A DNA stretch of 64,000 nt from Amoebidium appalachense (GCA_963693365.1 CAVNZM010000011.1:6219921-6283920); one strand, 5' to 3'. Shown: positions 1 to 14,149, counted from the stretch's first letter. The notes: a model not told the origin generated them from the letters alone. A program made the numbers and translations.

Positions 1-1376
1 ACGAGCAGTGAAGCAACATGTGCAAATGCAAGGCTTGTTACGTGGGCATAATTGTTGTTTTGTCTTAGTATGCAGAGGCAATGCATTGCGTACTACATTC
101 TATCATTATTAGTGGCAAGCGTTGTGTAAGTTGCAGCGTCAGATTGTGAGTAAGAGACAGTAAGATGGATATTGGAGACGTTGAGTGTTGGGCACAGTGG
201 AGGGAAAATGGTAGAGAAAAAGATTGTTTTAGTGAGGTCAGAATACGGTACGAGGGTATCATATATGATGATAATGTTCGCATGAGCAAATCAACAAGCG
301 TAACACAATCGGAAGAAAGAGCACAAATAACCAGAATATGTGTGTATGTCGTGTGAACATAATAGCAAAGGTCATAGATATGTTTCAAATTGTGTGTTTT
401 TGTGTGTGTGTTTTTTTTTATTTTTTTTTTGTATAGTTGGAAATGCGTGTTTTGTCTATGGAACCTACGTATAGGTATGTGGGGAGGGGAGATTTGTGTT
501 TGGCGGGTGTGTGTGCACTACAACTGTTTGCGCGTGTGTTGACTTCTGTATTATGAAGGTATTTGCAGACTGTGTTTTGGTAAGCACTATAGAAAGGTAG
601 CCAAGTTTTATGCACACTAGGCAAGAGGTTATGCCATAGGTGGCAAGGTACAAAGAAATCGCGTCAAATAATAAACAATAATATTTGCAACAAGTAATGG
701 GGGGCAAGGTTACTTAGCTTTTGGCATCGGTGCTGTGGCAGGGTAGTATTGCATGGGTGGGCGGGAAGTTGTTAAATGTCGGTTATGCCTGCATCTGCTG
801 CTTGTGCAGCTATAACTGCAGCTGGTTGAAATTCTGCTACTAGTGACAGTGCAAAAAGATAGATGTAGATACTGTTACAGCATGCCGGATCGGATACTGG
901 GTGTGTTGTGCCGTGCTGAATGACCTCGGCAAATTGTGTGGTGTGGCCATCAAGAATGTGAGAAGTCTGGGGAGGTAGATTGGAATGTAGGGAAAACATA
1001 TCAGAGACTGGCAAATCTACCGGCAGTCTCAGCCAAAACAGTTTCGAGTGTGAAGTTCTCTGTCATATAGAATTATATGGTATTCTGCTAAACTAAGTCC
1101 ATCATCAACATCAGGGATTTTATCAACTGTTTTGTAATATAAATTCATTTTGTAATCCTGTACGACTACATAGACAACATCTGAAAACACGATCATTTAT
1201 AATGTGTTTGGTGCCAGTAATCGAAAGTGTGGGTTTGTGATCTGTGAAATTTGCGAATTCACGTCCTTAAAAATATACACGGTATTCTTTTGTGATTGCA
1301 TATATGGTTGCCAATGTTTCTCTTTCTGTGGTGCTATAACGTTATTCTGTAGGAGTCAGTTGACGACCTCCATAGG

Positions 1377-1677
1377 CTACCACACGTAAGCCATCATCAC
1401 GTTGATACTGATGTCAAAAATTTCCACGAGTTTCTGGCACTTTCCGGAAAGCAGCTGAAACCTCATCTTCACGCTGTCACTGTGCAGAAACAAGATGATG
1501 GTTAGAATGGTGTCGGCGGGTTGATGGTCACGGACTGCGGGCAGATATCGAAAGAAAGACAAAAATAAAAAAAAAGGAAAGAAAGAAGAAAGAAAAAGGA
1601 AAATGGTGGGTGGGGGGTTGGATGGGTGGGTGGGTGGGTGGGTGGATGGTTTTTGTTTTCTTTTCTTTTTTTTTTTT

Positions 1678-1721
<44 letters not shown>

Positions 1722-1909
1722 GGGGGGGGGGGGGGGGCATGGATGGTATGACTCGGTGGATTGATGGCTGCCTGCACGTAAAACACATTAAAACAGAAAC
1801 AGAAGGTGGGAAAAAAACGGAAAGGGGTGGTTGGTGGTGGTGGGGGGGGGGGGGGGGGGGGGGGGGGAGGGGGGCGATCGATGGTGCTTTTTTTTTTTTT
1901 TTTTTTAAG

Positions 1910-1944
<35 letters not shown>

Positions 1945-2848
1945 AGGGGGAGGGGACAGTGTACCGAATACATGTACCTTGTATCATACACATATATACT
2001 ATCAAATACTATGATAAATATAAAATAATATCAAATACAAATATACTATCAAACACGTAAATAATACTTACATACCAAATCGTGACGTTCATACCATAAA
2101 TAGTACCGGACACCAAATTTCCACCATATCCACCAAACACGTTTATACCGACCTTCAATGCCATGATACCGGCATATCTATACCACATAAATACAAAACA
2201 CACTGTTTATACCAGACATATCCCAAACACATTTCAAACATATTTCTCAGTTCTTTTTCAAGTTCATAATAAACATACCAAACACATTTACAACACACAT
2301 ATCCCAAACATTAAAATTATAATTAAACCTAAAAATATACCTGAGCTGGGCCTCGTTCTTCACGGCCACCCCCTCAGATGACCCATCCTCAGCGGTCTGA
2401 TGTGCCCCTCACCGTGGTTATTGTTCAGCACTTACTGAAACACCCATGCAATATGACTCTATCCATTTTATATATATATTTTTTTTTTGGAACACGGGGG
2501 GGATGGGGGGATGGGGGGGAGGGGGGGAGGGGGGGGGGGGGGGGGGTTTGGGAGGGGGAGGGGGGTTGGGGGGAAGGGGGAGGGGGAGGTGACCTACGAG
2601 GAGTTCATCTGTGACGGGCCCCGTTTTGAACACCGAATGTCATAAGGAAAGGCACAATCAAATGATACTCTTAACGAACAAAGTTTCTTTGGATGGTGGC
2701 TGCTGTCGTTCGGAATCCTTTTTTTTCCCCTGTGTCCTTCCTTCTTTCAGTAAATTTCTCAGTACAGGTGACCCACAAAGAATACCTTTTTTTTTTTGGG
2801 GAGAGACTGATGCTCCTTTATGTCACCTTATCTCTTCAATGTGCCCCC

Positions 2849-2879
<31 letters not shown>

Positions 2880-3196
2880 CTACCCACGAAAAAAAAAAAA
2901 AAAAACACGATTAAGAAGAAGTACAGACAACCCCACAGAAGACAAAGATTTGCTTGAACGACAACTTCTATCACATATTGTGTTTCCCCTGTTGTTTCTT
3001 CATCGATCTTTCTTTTCAATCAAACTCATGGTGAGAGCAACAACGTTACCTACACAGTGTTTTCTTGAACACAATAATCACGTGCACAAACACTTTGGCA
3101 CGTGCCTACCTGTGTGCGTGGATCAACTCCACTGGAGGCAACAGAGGGGGCAGGGGCGAAATCCTCCCCAAAAATCTGCTGCTGCTGTTCAGACAT
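1377..3196 (-). CDS. Putative multi-exon gene, unknown product (partial model)
   Basis: Phase-compatible GT-AG exons: 2396-2341 (TAEDGSSEGVAVKNEAQL+AG) joins last exon 1479-1377 (SDSVKMRFQLLSGKCQKLVEIFDISINVMMAYVW*), which has a TTCTAAC branch point upstream. Exon 3196-3110 starts CCACCATG (MSEQQQQIFGEDF...) and ends CAG|GTAGGC. Middle exons and possible upstream exons (3490-3760) are unresolved. No family recognised. Confidence 0.4.
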
Positions 3197-3857
3197 GGTG
3201 GAGAAAACGAAAACAAAAACGAACAGGTGACTCTCAAAGGGGTAAAAAAAAAAAACGAAGGTTCAACTGTCGAGAGACTAAGTCTGATAGACTAGTCTTG
3301 GGGTTCAAGAGCACACAAGATAAAAGCGAGAAGGGTTATTCCGGAAAACTGGGCTTGTAAGCTTTTCGCACCTCCTTTTATAGTTTGTGCGGGGGCACGC
3401 CGATTCCTTTGCAAGTGGCTGGAGATTTTTTCGTGTTCTGGTTACCATAACCATTTAACATGTTATCGAGAATCCTGCAAAATCCCCACCTGGGCACACC
3501 CTCCAGTCCTACTGATTGTTCACCAGTGCAAAATGATTCACAACACGAAATAACAACTGCTGGGTAGTCCTGTGATACGATACAAAACATGTGAGCTAGA
3601 TAACAAAGAGTGAGATGGCAAAACCACATAAAATGGCTCACAATCTCAGCAAAGCTGCACAGCCATGCTACAGTACCGTGTGTTTATGTGCACATCTACC
3701 CTCGAGGACAAGCCACGGTCACAGTGTGTGGACAGGGGGCACAGAACCGTAAATGAATTGGCTTGGGAAGGTGACCGGAATGCATATTTTGGTATACCGT
3801 GGCCAGTGTACGTACATGGGGGCAGGGGCAGAGGTTGTGGGGAGGGGGGAGGGGAAG

Positions 3858-3888
<31 letters not shown>

Positions 3889-4279
3889 GAAGAGGGAGAG
3901 AGAGGGAGATTGAGGAGAGAGAGGGAGGGAGGGATGGAGGGAGGGAGAGAAGGAGAGCGAGTGGGGGGGAGGGAGGGAGGAAGGGAGAGAGAGAGTAAGA
4001 GAGGGGGAGGGGGGGGGGGGGAAGAGAGGGAGGAAGGGAAGGAGAGAGTGAGAAGGGGACGTCAAACCCCGCCGGGGGTGTGAGGGCAGATTTGCAAGCA
4101 GGGAGGGGGAGGGGGTAGTGGGGTAGTGTGTGTGTGTGTGTGTGGGGGGGGGGGGCGCTGCCAAGAGCTTAACCCTAGCGCAAGCTTATTTATAGTTTTT
4201 TTTTTTTCTTTTGGTGGTGGGTGGTGGGGGTGAGTGCGGGGGGTGGGGGTGAGTGCGGGGGGTGGGGGTGGGGCGGCGG

Positions 4280-4311
<32 letters not shown>

Positions 4312-4406
4312 CGGGGGGAGAGGGGGGAGAGGGGGGAGGGAGTGAGGGGGAGGGTGGGGGGAGGGCAGTAGGAACAATCATCATACTGAGTTGTTTGCTT
4401 GCCTGC

Positions 4407-4546
4407 AAGGCACATCAGTTTGCATTGAGAGAACAACAATGCAAACAATTGTTGCAATTGTTGCAACAATGTTGCAACAATGCATTGTTGCATTGTTGCA
4501 ACTTGCAACAATGCAAACTGTTGCAACAATGCAAACATTGTGCCTT
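4407..4546. repeat. Small fold-back / MITE-like array of GCAACAAT / ATTGTTGC motifs
   Basis: Imperfect terminal inverted repeats AAGGCACATCAGTTTGCATTG ... CAATGCAAACATTGTGCCTT enclose repeated TTGCAACAAT units in both orientations. No TSD found. Confidence 0.45.
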
Positions 4547-6141
4547 AGCAACATGAGCGATGCTGATTTCTGGGCCCACTTAGTTGGAAGCAGAGATGTG
4601 GCCTGCGCAGAGTCGAGGAATAGTTACCATTACTAGTTAGATTACTTGAAAGGTGGTCAGGGGAAAACTTCGAGAATGAGGAGTCAAATTCTTTCCTTTC
4701 TTTCTCTTTCCTTTCCTTTCTTTCTTCTTCTTCTTTTTTCTTTTTCTTTTCTTTTCTTTCTTTCTTTTTTTTTTTTTTTTTTGGGGGGGGGGGGGGGGAG
4801 GGGGAGGGGGAAAAAAAAGGGGATGGGGAGGGGGGGGGGGGGGGGATTCTCAAAGAGGAGGCGCCAGACACACTGAACACTGAACAATAAAGAAGAGTTT
4901 TGATCACCGCAGGAAAGGGGATGGAGAGAGAGCCTTTACAGTTAAGGCCAACACAAAAGGCCCATACTTCCTAATTTGGCAGTTACACCAACCGCACAAG
5001 GACCCAGTCCTAATAGACCCTTTGATCCCCCCCCCCCCCCCTCCCCCTTCTGCTCCCCTTCTCCCCCCCCCCCCCCCCCCCCCCCCCCCGGGGCCCCCTT
5101 CTTCCCCTCCTCTTCTCACCCCAACCACCGCCACCACTAACACACATCACACATCACACACACACACACACACACACCCCGTCAACTCTCTGATGGTAGC
5201 CTCTGTTCAGGTTTTTTATATCCGCATGATATCCGCATGATTGGCGGCATTTGTTTCGGTTTTTAATTCATTTTCGTGCATGTTTTTCAGCGTGTTCGTT
5301 TCTACATATTTGGTGCTGTGTTGCTTTCGAATATCATGATACCCCATTTAAGCATACGGTGTCTCCTCCTAGTTTCCCTTCTCCACGGGTATATCCCCCC
5401 CTCCCCCCCCCCCCCCCCCCCTCCCCCCCCCCCCCTCCCCTCCCCCCTTACAAAAAAAAAAGATAAAGAAAAAGAAAAACACACGTGCCCTCCGTACCCA
5501 TACAACCATCATCATCACCACCACCACCACCACCACATAACAAAACAAAAAAGAAAAGAGACTCAAAGAAAAGAAAAGAAACTCAAACTAACCCCCCCCC
5601 CCCCCCCCCCCCCCCTCCTCCTCCTCTCCCCCACCGCCACCACCACAAGCACCACTAGAGATGAAAAACCCAAAAGGGGGGATAAAACCAGCTGCATATT
5701 TACACAAAGGGGTGTTCACCATTTCTTTCACACTACTGTACACAACCCGTTCGCAATATCCACTTCCCACACAGCCTATCGCTACAAAGAATATGTACAT
5801 CGCACTGTGCTCTTACTCGTTAAGTTTACAACCCTTCGGCCAATTACTTCACTTCATCTCATTGCCTTCCACGATCCTACCTCCCCCCCCCCCCCCCCCT
5901 CCCCCCCTTGCGTGCACTCCCCCTCCCCCCTCTCCCCCTCCTCGCCCCCTCCCCCCCAAACGCAAGAGATCTACTTTCGAGCGCACCTGTGTGAGCCCCC
6001 CCCCCCCCCCCCCCCCCCCCCCGGCCCCCACCCACCGATACCCACACACCCACACCCACCCCACTCTACCCCCACTCCTCCCTTTCATTCCTTTCATCCT
6101 TTTCGCCTCCTTTGACCTCGTTCTCTCATACAATCAAATCA

Positions 6142-7052
6142 TTAATCAACGTAAATAGGCGGCATATCGGCCAGCTTGACAAAGAACTCTCCCCAAATCT
6201 CAGAACCGCCCACATCGCCGAACAAAGCAGGAACATTGAAATCAGGTGACCTGTCTTTCTCCGCCTCCTCATTTTCCCCTCCACCCACGCATTCACCTCA
6301 TCCTCGATCCTTTCCACAAGCGCAAGTGCGGGTGATTGAAACCTTTCCATCATCCCATCGAAACTCCTCTGGTAGATGACTTTCCCCACAGCTGTCAGAG
6401 AGGGCTTTCCTTGCCAAAACGAAAACATGTTTTCTCCATTGTACTTCTCTTTCGCATCGTCCCTCTCGAACGCATACCCCATCATCCCTCCCGCCTTTGC
6501 AAGGAAATCTCTCCACACCCACCCATTCTCAGGAATGACTCCGTTCCCCACAGCGCACTTGCAAAATTTCAAAAAGTCGGCTAAAACATCCAAACGAGTG
6601 GCACCGGGGTCGTAATATCCTTGAACATCTCCCCTGAATGCGTATTCGTCATCGAGGCGCATCCGATAGCAATCTACCAACCATTCGTAGCCTTTCTCCC
6701 CAGGGTAGGCCTGTGCCCTCGATGAGGGGTCTGCAGCGAAATCGTTCATGGTCACATTTCCAGCGCTTGTGTTTGTGTTTTGGGTCGAATTAGGGGCAGA
6801 AGGCGCGCTTGTGTTTGTGTTTTGGGTCGGAATACGGACGAAAGGTCTGCTTGTGTTTGTGTTTTGGGTCGGGTTCGGAGCGGGAGGTGTCTTTGTTTGC
6901 TTTTCTTTGCAAGCGGCCTTGTGAGCTTTCCAACGTTCCATCTGATGTTCTGCGCCACAATAGTATACCAGCCTGCATCGTCCGCACTTGGAAGTGGTGT
7001 GCTGCCCGCACACGGCGCACTCGTTTTTGGCCGCGGCCTGTGTGTTTGACAT
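6142..7052 (-). CDS. MYND zinc-finger protein, intronless (C-terminus affected by a probable 1-nt homopolymer error)
   Basis: N-terminal CAVC...CGRC...YYC...HQ...W..HKAAC fits the zf-MYND pattern. It is followed by three TQNTNTS repeats and a globular region (WLVDCYRMRLDDEY...YAFERDDAKEKY..EN). Adding one G at 6276-6279 gives a natural-looking end ...LFGDVGGSEIWGEFFVKLADMPPIYVD* at 6142. The uncorrected ORF ends at 6126. Confidence 0.85.
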
Positions 7053-8117
7053 GTTTTAACTGCTGGAAATCCTTTACTTCACAGGCGCCTATAGGGCGTT
7101 TGAAAGTTCCTTAAAACTCTAAAGAAGGTGCGATGTTTATACAGGTGCGTTTTGTAAATGAAGCCAGGGTGGTTGAAGTATCGTTGTGTGTGTATGTGTA
7201 GTGTAAGAAAATAAAGAATCTAACACACGGTAACAATCATAACTAACCAGATTTGTGAAACATTTCTTCTTTCTGCATACAAGACTTCTCGCGTGCGCAC
7301 GCAAAGGGCATTGAGAGTGCATTTGTGTCTGCCCGGCGGACGACGTCATTCTCAGAAGTAGAGTCTCCGGCCAATAGGAACATTGCAATAGAGTACAAAT
7401 TAGGCAAGCGCACAACAAAACATCCAAAAATAGTAAAGAATAGATCTATTCATAATGTGCCGGGAAACCAATCAATCCACACCAAGGCCTCATACTAACG
7501 CACGTGTGTTCTAAATCATGACCTTTCCCTTGAGAATCACTTCTCTCCCTCCATCAAGACTCTGGCGCCCCAGCCATTCCAATAATACTATTGAAGTTTT
7601 ACCACTGAGTCCCGGTCACAAGTTGTGAATTGTTCTAATCTTAGAAGCAATTGGGGCATGTGCGGCACAGATCGGATGCGATTGAGGCCTAGATGCCAGC
7701 CTTAGAAATTTAGCCGGGGAGGGGGAGGGAGGGAGGGAGGGAGGGAGGGAGGGAGGGAGGGAGGGAGGGAGGGAGGGAGGGAGGGAGGGAGGGAGGGATC
7801 CTCGAGGAGGGGGGAAGGGGGGGGGGGGGGGGGGGGGGGGGGGCAAATCAGCTTGAAGACACGCTTTCCAAATTTGGCGATTGAGCTCTAGAGTAGGGGG
7901 GCCCAGAAGCGGCAGAAAACCAAATACATAAACAGTTACTTGAGGATCATTTTATCGGAACACAAATTTGTCTGGTTCTATTTTTATTTATACTTCATTA
8001 TCAGTGGTACGTTATTCAACTGGTTAAACCTATCATACATCACTTGACCGGAGTACTTCGCAATTGGTCGGGTCGGGTTGAACCGCATTGGGTGCATCGG
8101 ACACTAAAAAACAAAAC

Positions 8118-8203
8118 TTCACAATATCGTGGCGGTGGTGAAGGGAGTGAATCAATATTCTTCACAATATCGTGGCGGTGGTGAAGGGAGTGAATCAATA
8201 TTC
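8118..8203. repeat. Perfect 43-bp tandem duplication
   Basis: TTCACAATATCGTGGCGGTGGTGAAGGGAGTGAATCAATATTC occurs twice (8118-8160, 8161-8203). Confidence 0.9.
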
Positions 8204-8386
8204 AAAACTGGCTAACCACATGATTCTCATTCATATAGAACCATTATCATACTAACACTTGGCATATAACTTAGGTACTAAGATACAGCTGTGTTTCAGA
8301 AATTTGATTACAGGAAAATTGAACACTTTCCCACATGCAACCCCACTAGTGCTCCGTGCTCACCGAATCAAACCAACCAACAAAAC

Positions 8387-8589
8387 CTACCGCATTTCTC
8401 TCATTACTGTTATCAGATCCGCCACACCTTTAATCGCAGTCATAAGAGCCATTAAAGTAGTTGGGTCATTCGTCAATGCAAGTTGGTCTGAAAGTGCCAT
8501 CATCTTTAAAGCAAGGTTTTCTTGGGTGTGTGCGCATGCGCGAAGAAGAACACCGTTGGATGCAACAACCGCGGGGTCGGAGTTATGTG

Positions 8590-8654
<65 letters not shown>

Positions 8655-8707
8655 TTGAGTATGGAGGGGTCGGAGTTATGTGCCTGTGTGTTGTGTGTGC
8701 CTGTGTG

Positions 8708-8755
<48 letters not shown>

Positions 8756-8818
8756 TTGAGTACGGAGTAAGAGCTAGTGAGTTTGTGTGAGTCTGTGTGT
8801 ATGTGTGTGTGTGAGGGG

Positions 8819-8859
<41 letters not shown>

Positions 8860-9016
8860 CTTCGTGTGTATGGAATTGGCTGCAAACAAGCAAGCGAGTA
8901 TCTGTGTTTTCGTGTGTGCACTGATGTGTGTGCCCTTGTGTGTGTGGATGGACATAACTGCATACGTAGGGGTCGTTGAGTGAGAGAGGAAGTGTGAGTT
9001 TTAGTAGATGTGTTTG

Positions 9017-9092
<76 letters not shown>

Positions 9093-10470
9093 GGTGCGTG
9101 TCTCAGTCACACTGAGAGTGTGTGTGTGCGTGTTTTTCTTTTTCTTTCTTTTTTTTCTTTTTCTTCTTCTTCTTTCTTCTTTTTTTTTGCCCCCCCCCGA
9201 GGGGGAGGGGGGGGAAGGGGGATTCGATGTATACTTCTTTACATGGCATGGGCAACTGTGTAAGTAGAAAGCCAAGGGGGTAGGAAGCAAGCAGAGAACG
9301 ATTGCGGATGTGGCTCCGAGCTCGAGAGGAAATGAGAAAGAGATCAAGTGAAAAAATGGAGCTGATAATTATTTAACATTCCCTCCCATCCTTCTTTCTT
9401 CTTCTTCTTTTTTTCTTTTCACTGGATTTATTCAACGGAAAGATATGCAAGTACGCACGGCATACTTAGGAGGCAAATAAAAAAAACTTCACAGTTATCC
9501 AGTAAATCTTCTTTTTCTGATGAGGGCGGTGATTGGGGGGGCAATAGTAGGGGGGGAAGCCGGGGGGGGGGGGCATAATGAAGAACAGAAAGCTTGAGGC
9601 ATATTGTATCATGTGTGCAGTGGCAAAAAAGGAACGCATCCACATTGTATGCTAGGTGCATGGAGGAATATATGGTTTGGTGGGGGTGGATGGGTGGATG
9701 GATGGGTGGGTGGGGAGGGGGAGAGGGTGAGTGGTGGTGGTTGTTTTGGTGGTGGTGGTGGGTGGGTGGGTGGGGGGGGGGGGGGGGGGGGGGGGGGGAG
9801 GAGGCAAAATTCATTCATTGGTCAATCGCATCGGTTGGTTAAGCACGGGGAGGAACTCACATTCAGCAGATGTCCCGGCAATCCAGTCGATTCCACTACT
9901 GGCCCACACGGGTGTGTGTGTGTGTGTGTGTGTGTGGTGGTGGTGGGGGGGGAGCAGGGAGGGAGGGTAAGGAATCAGCCCTCGCAGATGCACGAGGGGG
10001 AAGGGGGGGGGGGGGGAGGGGGGGGGGGGGGCGGGGGTGCGTGTGTGCGTGCATGCGTGTGTGCGTGTGTGTGTGTGTGTCTGGAGGGGGGGGGGGGGGG
10101 GGGGGGAGGGGGGGGGGGGGGAGGGGGAGGGATGGGAAAGGGGAAGGTTAAGCATCAGTCACTCAAATCGTGGAGAGGCTGCGGGACCGTGATGCTAAGA
10201 ATAGATGTAAACATGGAGGATGAAACAAAAAGACACAAAACAGACAAAGCACAGACACAAACACGTACACAGACCCACACCCCAAAACCCCTTCACTCAG
10301 AACCCACAACCACCCACCCACCCACACCCTCATAATCAGAACACTCCCTCACCCCTCCCCCCTCCCCCTCTCCCCCCCCCCCTTCCCAACCCCATGCATA
10401 TACACACAAAATCATCACTGCGTCAGAACTTAGTGTGTTTTTGCTTTTTTCGAGCATACCCCTTGCTCCC

Positions 10471-10503
<33 letters not shown>

Positions 10504-10510
10504 AAAAAAA

Positions 10511-10544
<34 letters not shown>

Positions 10545-10713
10545 CCAACCCCCCGATGTTTGTTTCCTCCAGTCCACTCCCCCCTTCTCCTTCTACAACC
10601 CCCACCCACCCACCCACACCCACCAACACCAGCACATCACATCCCTTCCTCCGTCATCCCCTCCCTTCCCCTCCCACCCCCCCACTCCCCCTCCCCCTTT
10701 AACACACATACAG

Positions 10714-10776
<63 letters not shown>

Positions 10777-10927
10777 AACTAACGACTACGGTTTGACCAT
10801 AATTGCATCCCAGGTTATCAGTAGCATTTGAAAAGACAGACACCACAGCAAAATTGGCTGCGGTGAAGTGCAAACTAGATGTGTATGTGTGTGCACACAG
10901 AAACGCACAAGCCCACAAGCCCCCCCC

Positions 10928-10958
<31 letters not shown>

Positions 10959-11745
10959 ACTGCCACAACACGACTGAGAGGGGTGGGAAGGTTAGGGAAG
11001 GTGGAAAAGGGGAGAGAAGGCGGGAGGAGGAATGAGTGGGGATGGGGGGGTTGAAGAGACGGAGATATGAGAAAAACTGAGGGATGGAGAGAGAAACAGA
11101 CACACACACCCACGGAGAGAGAGAGAGAACGCGAGGGAAGGAGAGAGAAAGAGAGAACGGACGGGAAGAAGGGAGGGAGGGAGTGAGTGAGAGAGAGAAA
11201 GGCCTCTGAGGGGCGCGAGGGGAGGGGGGGGGAGAGGGATGAGAGTGGGGGAGAAAGAGAGAGTGTGTGATAGAGAAACGGAGTCAGCAAGAGAGGGAGA
11301 TTGGGAGAGAGAGGGGGGAACAGCGTAATACTTTTCTTTTCTTGCGTACATATATTCAGAAGAGACAGCAACACAACAACCTACCGTCTATTCTCCGTTT
11401 TTTCGTGTCCCTCGGCGCTGTTTCCGTCTCCATAGTCACATCCTGATCGACATGGGATGCCTCGGCCACATTTACGGGAGGTGAGGTTGTCTGCTGGGAA
11501 GCCACAACGGCAGGGGCGGCAGTGGAAACCACGAGAGTAGGTGCGGTGTTCCTGGCCTGCGCATGTGTTGTGCATGGTTTCAGAAAAACACTGCCATGAT
11601 CTGACCATGGCCCATGAGTTGCAGGTTCGTTCACCTTGTTTGCTCTTGAACAAGTATTTTGCTTCTTTAGTGTCAGAGACGCCGGGGCGGGGTGGGGCGG
11701 GGCGGGGCGGGGCGGGGCGGGGGGAAGGGGGGAGGGGGGCGGGGG

Positions 11746-11786
<41 letters not shown>

Positions 11787-12568
11787 CTGAGGGGTGGGCA
11801 TGAAAGGTACACAATACGGAGCAGACAAGCCTACAAACGATCATGTACGGTATTGAAGAGGTACTCTATTATTTGTGCAGGTGGGGAGAAGATGGGTGGG
11901 TGGGTGGGGGAAGGGGGGGCTAGTTCCTGTGGAATATAACACACCCACCAACACACACGCCCCCACCGACACCCACCCACTCACCCATACTCACACACAG
12001 GCATACAAATGCCGACAGAAAGAAATACACCTAATCGAACACGCAAATTCGCGCGCACACAAACACACACACACACACATGCACCCACGCACACACACAA
12101 AGAGTACAAATAACGAAAGGTGAGAGGGGGGAGGGATAGGAAAGCGTCACCTGTGTTGGTTTTTAACAGTGTGTGTGCGTGTGCGCATGGGTGTACGATT
12201 ACGTGCGCCACCATGGTGTCTAATTCTTCACATGCCTGGTTTCCCCTCTTTCTGAAATGAAAACCCCATCCCACACCCAGATCATGAATTTTCACACACA
12301 TCTCTTGCACAGCTCTTTGCTCTAATTCCTCTTGACCACCCCCAAAAGAGACCTGAAAAAAAGACAACCTCACCTGAACATCCACAATGTCACACCCCAC
12401 GCAGTATTTCTTTCCCCCTCTCTCCTGCATCATCACCGTGTTACATGCAGGACAATAGTCATTCATCATCGTATGCCCCTTGAGCAAACCTTCCCCCAGA
12501 AGAGCGCTCACACGGTTGACCCGTGTTTGGCGCGCTTTCGGGTCAGCCATTCCTCCTGCTGACGCCAT
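8387..12568 (-). CDS. ZNRD2: SSSCA1/ZNRD2-like zinc-ribbon protein (Auto_anti-p27 family), at least 4 exons
   Basis: Exon 12568-12374 has VSALLGEGLLKGHTMMNDYCPAC...KYCVGC, the Auto_anti-p27 motif. Exons 11556-11385 and 10857-10784 follow. Last exon 8590-8387 encodes the C-terminal helical region LALKMMALSDQLALTND...MTAIKGVADLI. All junctions are GT-AG and phase-consistent (0/1/0). Confidence 0.8.
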
Positions 12569-13271
12569 ATTGCACGCTTTGCTTGCTGTGGAATGGGCAC
12601 GAAACTCCTAGGAAATGCTGAGAGTAGCGTATGTTTCTTTAGCTAATGTCACAGGTGTCCGGCACAACCACACTCAAACGAGAAACGCACATGTGCATGT
12701 ACAGACAGAGCCTCGAAGGAGGAGCGGGCGTCACATCGAGTCACGTGACACAATCACAGTAACCATTGGATCAAAATGCACCAAAACCTCGGGAATCATG
12801 AGTCGCGTCACACACGCACAAAGCACACGCACACAAACACTGGCACACACACGTGCACACACGCACACAAAACACATGCACGCACTCGCGCGTACACACA
12901 AAAACATCTACACACATACACCCAAAAAAACACACACACGTGCACATACCCACATGTGCAGTAGTACACCCACAACCACACACACACGCATACACATACA
13001 CACACACCACACACAATTGCAAACACGCACACACACACGCAAGTCAGGATAGCACGCACACACACGTACACACACACACACCCACACAAGAACAAACACA
13101 CAAACATACGCACACAAATGTACATGATACACACGGAAAAAGAAACAGGATGAACCGGTGAGCTTCTTTATGTGCCTTATCATGCCTGTCGTTCTTTTCG
13201 TTGCTTAAATTGCTGCAGTCCGGTTGCCTTTGGGCCCAGGCACCCATGCATTTTGCTTTTCTCTCAGTTCC

Positions 13272-13308
<37 letters not shown>

Positions 13309-13888
13309 ACTTCCTTCTACACCTCCCCCCCGACCCCCACCCCCCTCTTTCCCACCTGCCGCCACATTGTGAGATTCATTAACCGAAGCCCCTTTTGTTT
13401 TCATATGTGAAACGCCTCTCCCCCGCGCCTTCGGCACCATCAACTACCCTTTTTTTGCCTCTTCCCCCCCCCCCCCCCCCCCCCCCCTCCCCCTCCCCTC
13501 CTCCCCCGGCCGGTCCCCTCCCTCCACCCTACCCTACCACACCCCATCCCACCCCGCCTCTCCCGTCCCAAGCCCCAACCCCATTGTCTGCTACAAACCT
13601 CCTCAACGCATGTATCCTTCCACTAGTATTAGTATTCCCGTCTCCCTGATGTTCACGTACATGGTGCCATATCACCCTCTGCCGTATGATCTCCAACGAA
13701 GGCAACGCTGTTTAGGCAACGACAGAACCTACTCCTTTAAAAACGAAGTTTTCTTTCCAATTTACACCCTCCTTATCGCCACACCGGGCGGCAGGGAAGG
13801 AGGGAGAAAGAGGGGATGTTGGGGGAGGCCACTGAGCTCGAGAGGGAGCGGGAGAGCGAGAGCGAGAGCGAGAGGGAGAGGGACAGGT

Positions 13889-13924
<36 letters not shown>

Positions 13925-14149
13925 AAGAGAGAGGGAGACCGTGTGTTCATCCGTTGTGCTTTCCTGCCACCCATTACGCCACTGTGTGTTTGTGTGTGTG
14001 TATTCAGTGAGGCTGTGTGCCTGTAAAATTGCACGTGAATTTCAACTTCAGAAATCTCTTTGTGAAGCCCCAATGACTGGTCTGTTACAGGCGGGACTCA
14101 GTCTTCGAAAATTGCAGGGCGTGGGAAAAAAAGCCGGAGCAAAGTCGCC

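Noticed and set aside
772-1014. 80-aa minus-strand ORF
   Set aside because: No recognisable motif or splice support.
1955-2340. ATACC-rich tract as a DNA-transposon end
   Set aside because: No convincing TIR pair or TSD.
8118-8203. CRISPR-like array (also considered for 40866-41040)
   Set aside because: Head-to-tail duplications without unique spacers, in a eukaryotic context with no cas genes.
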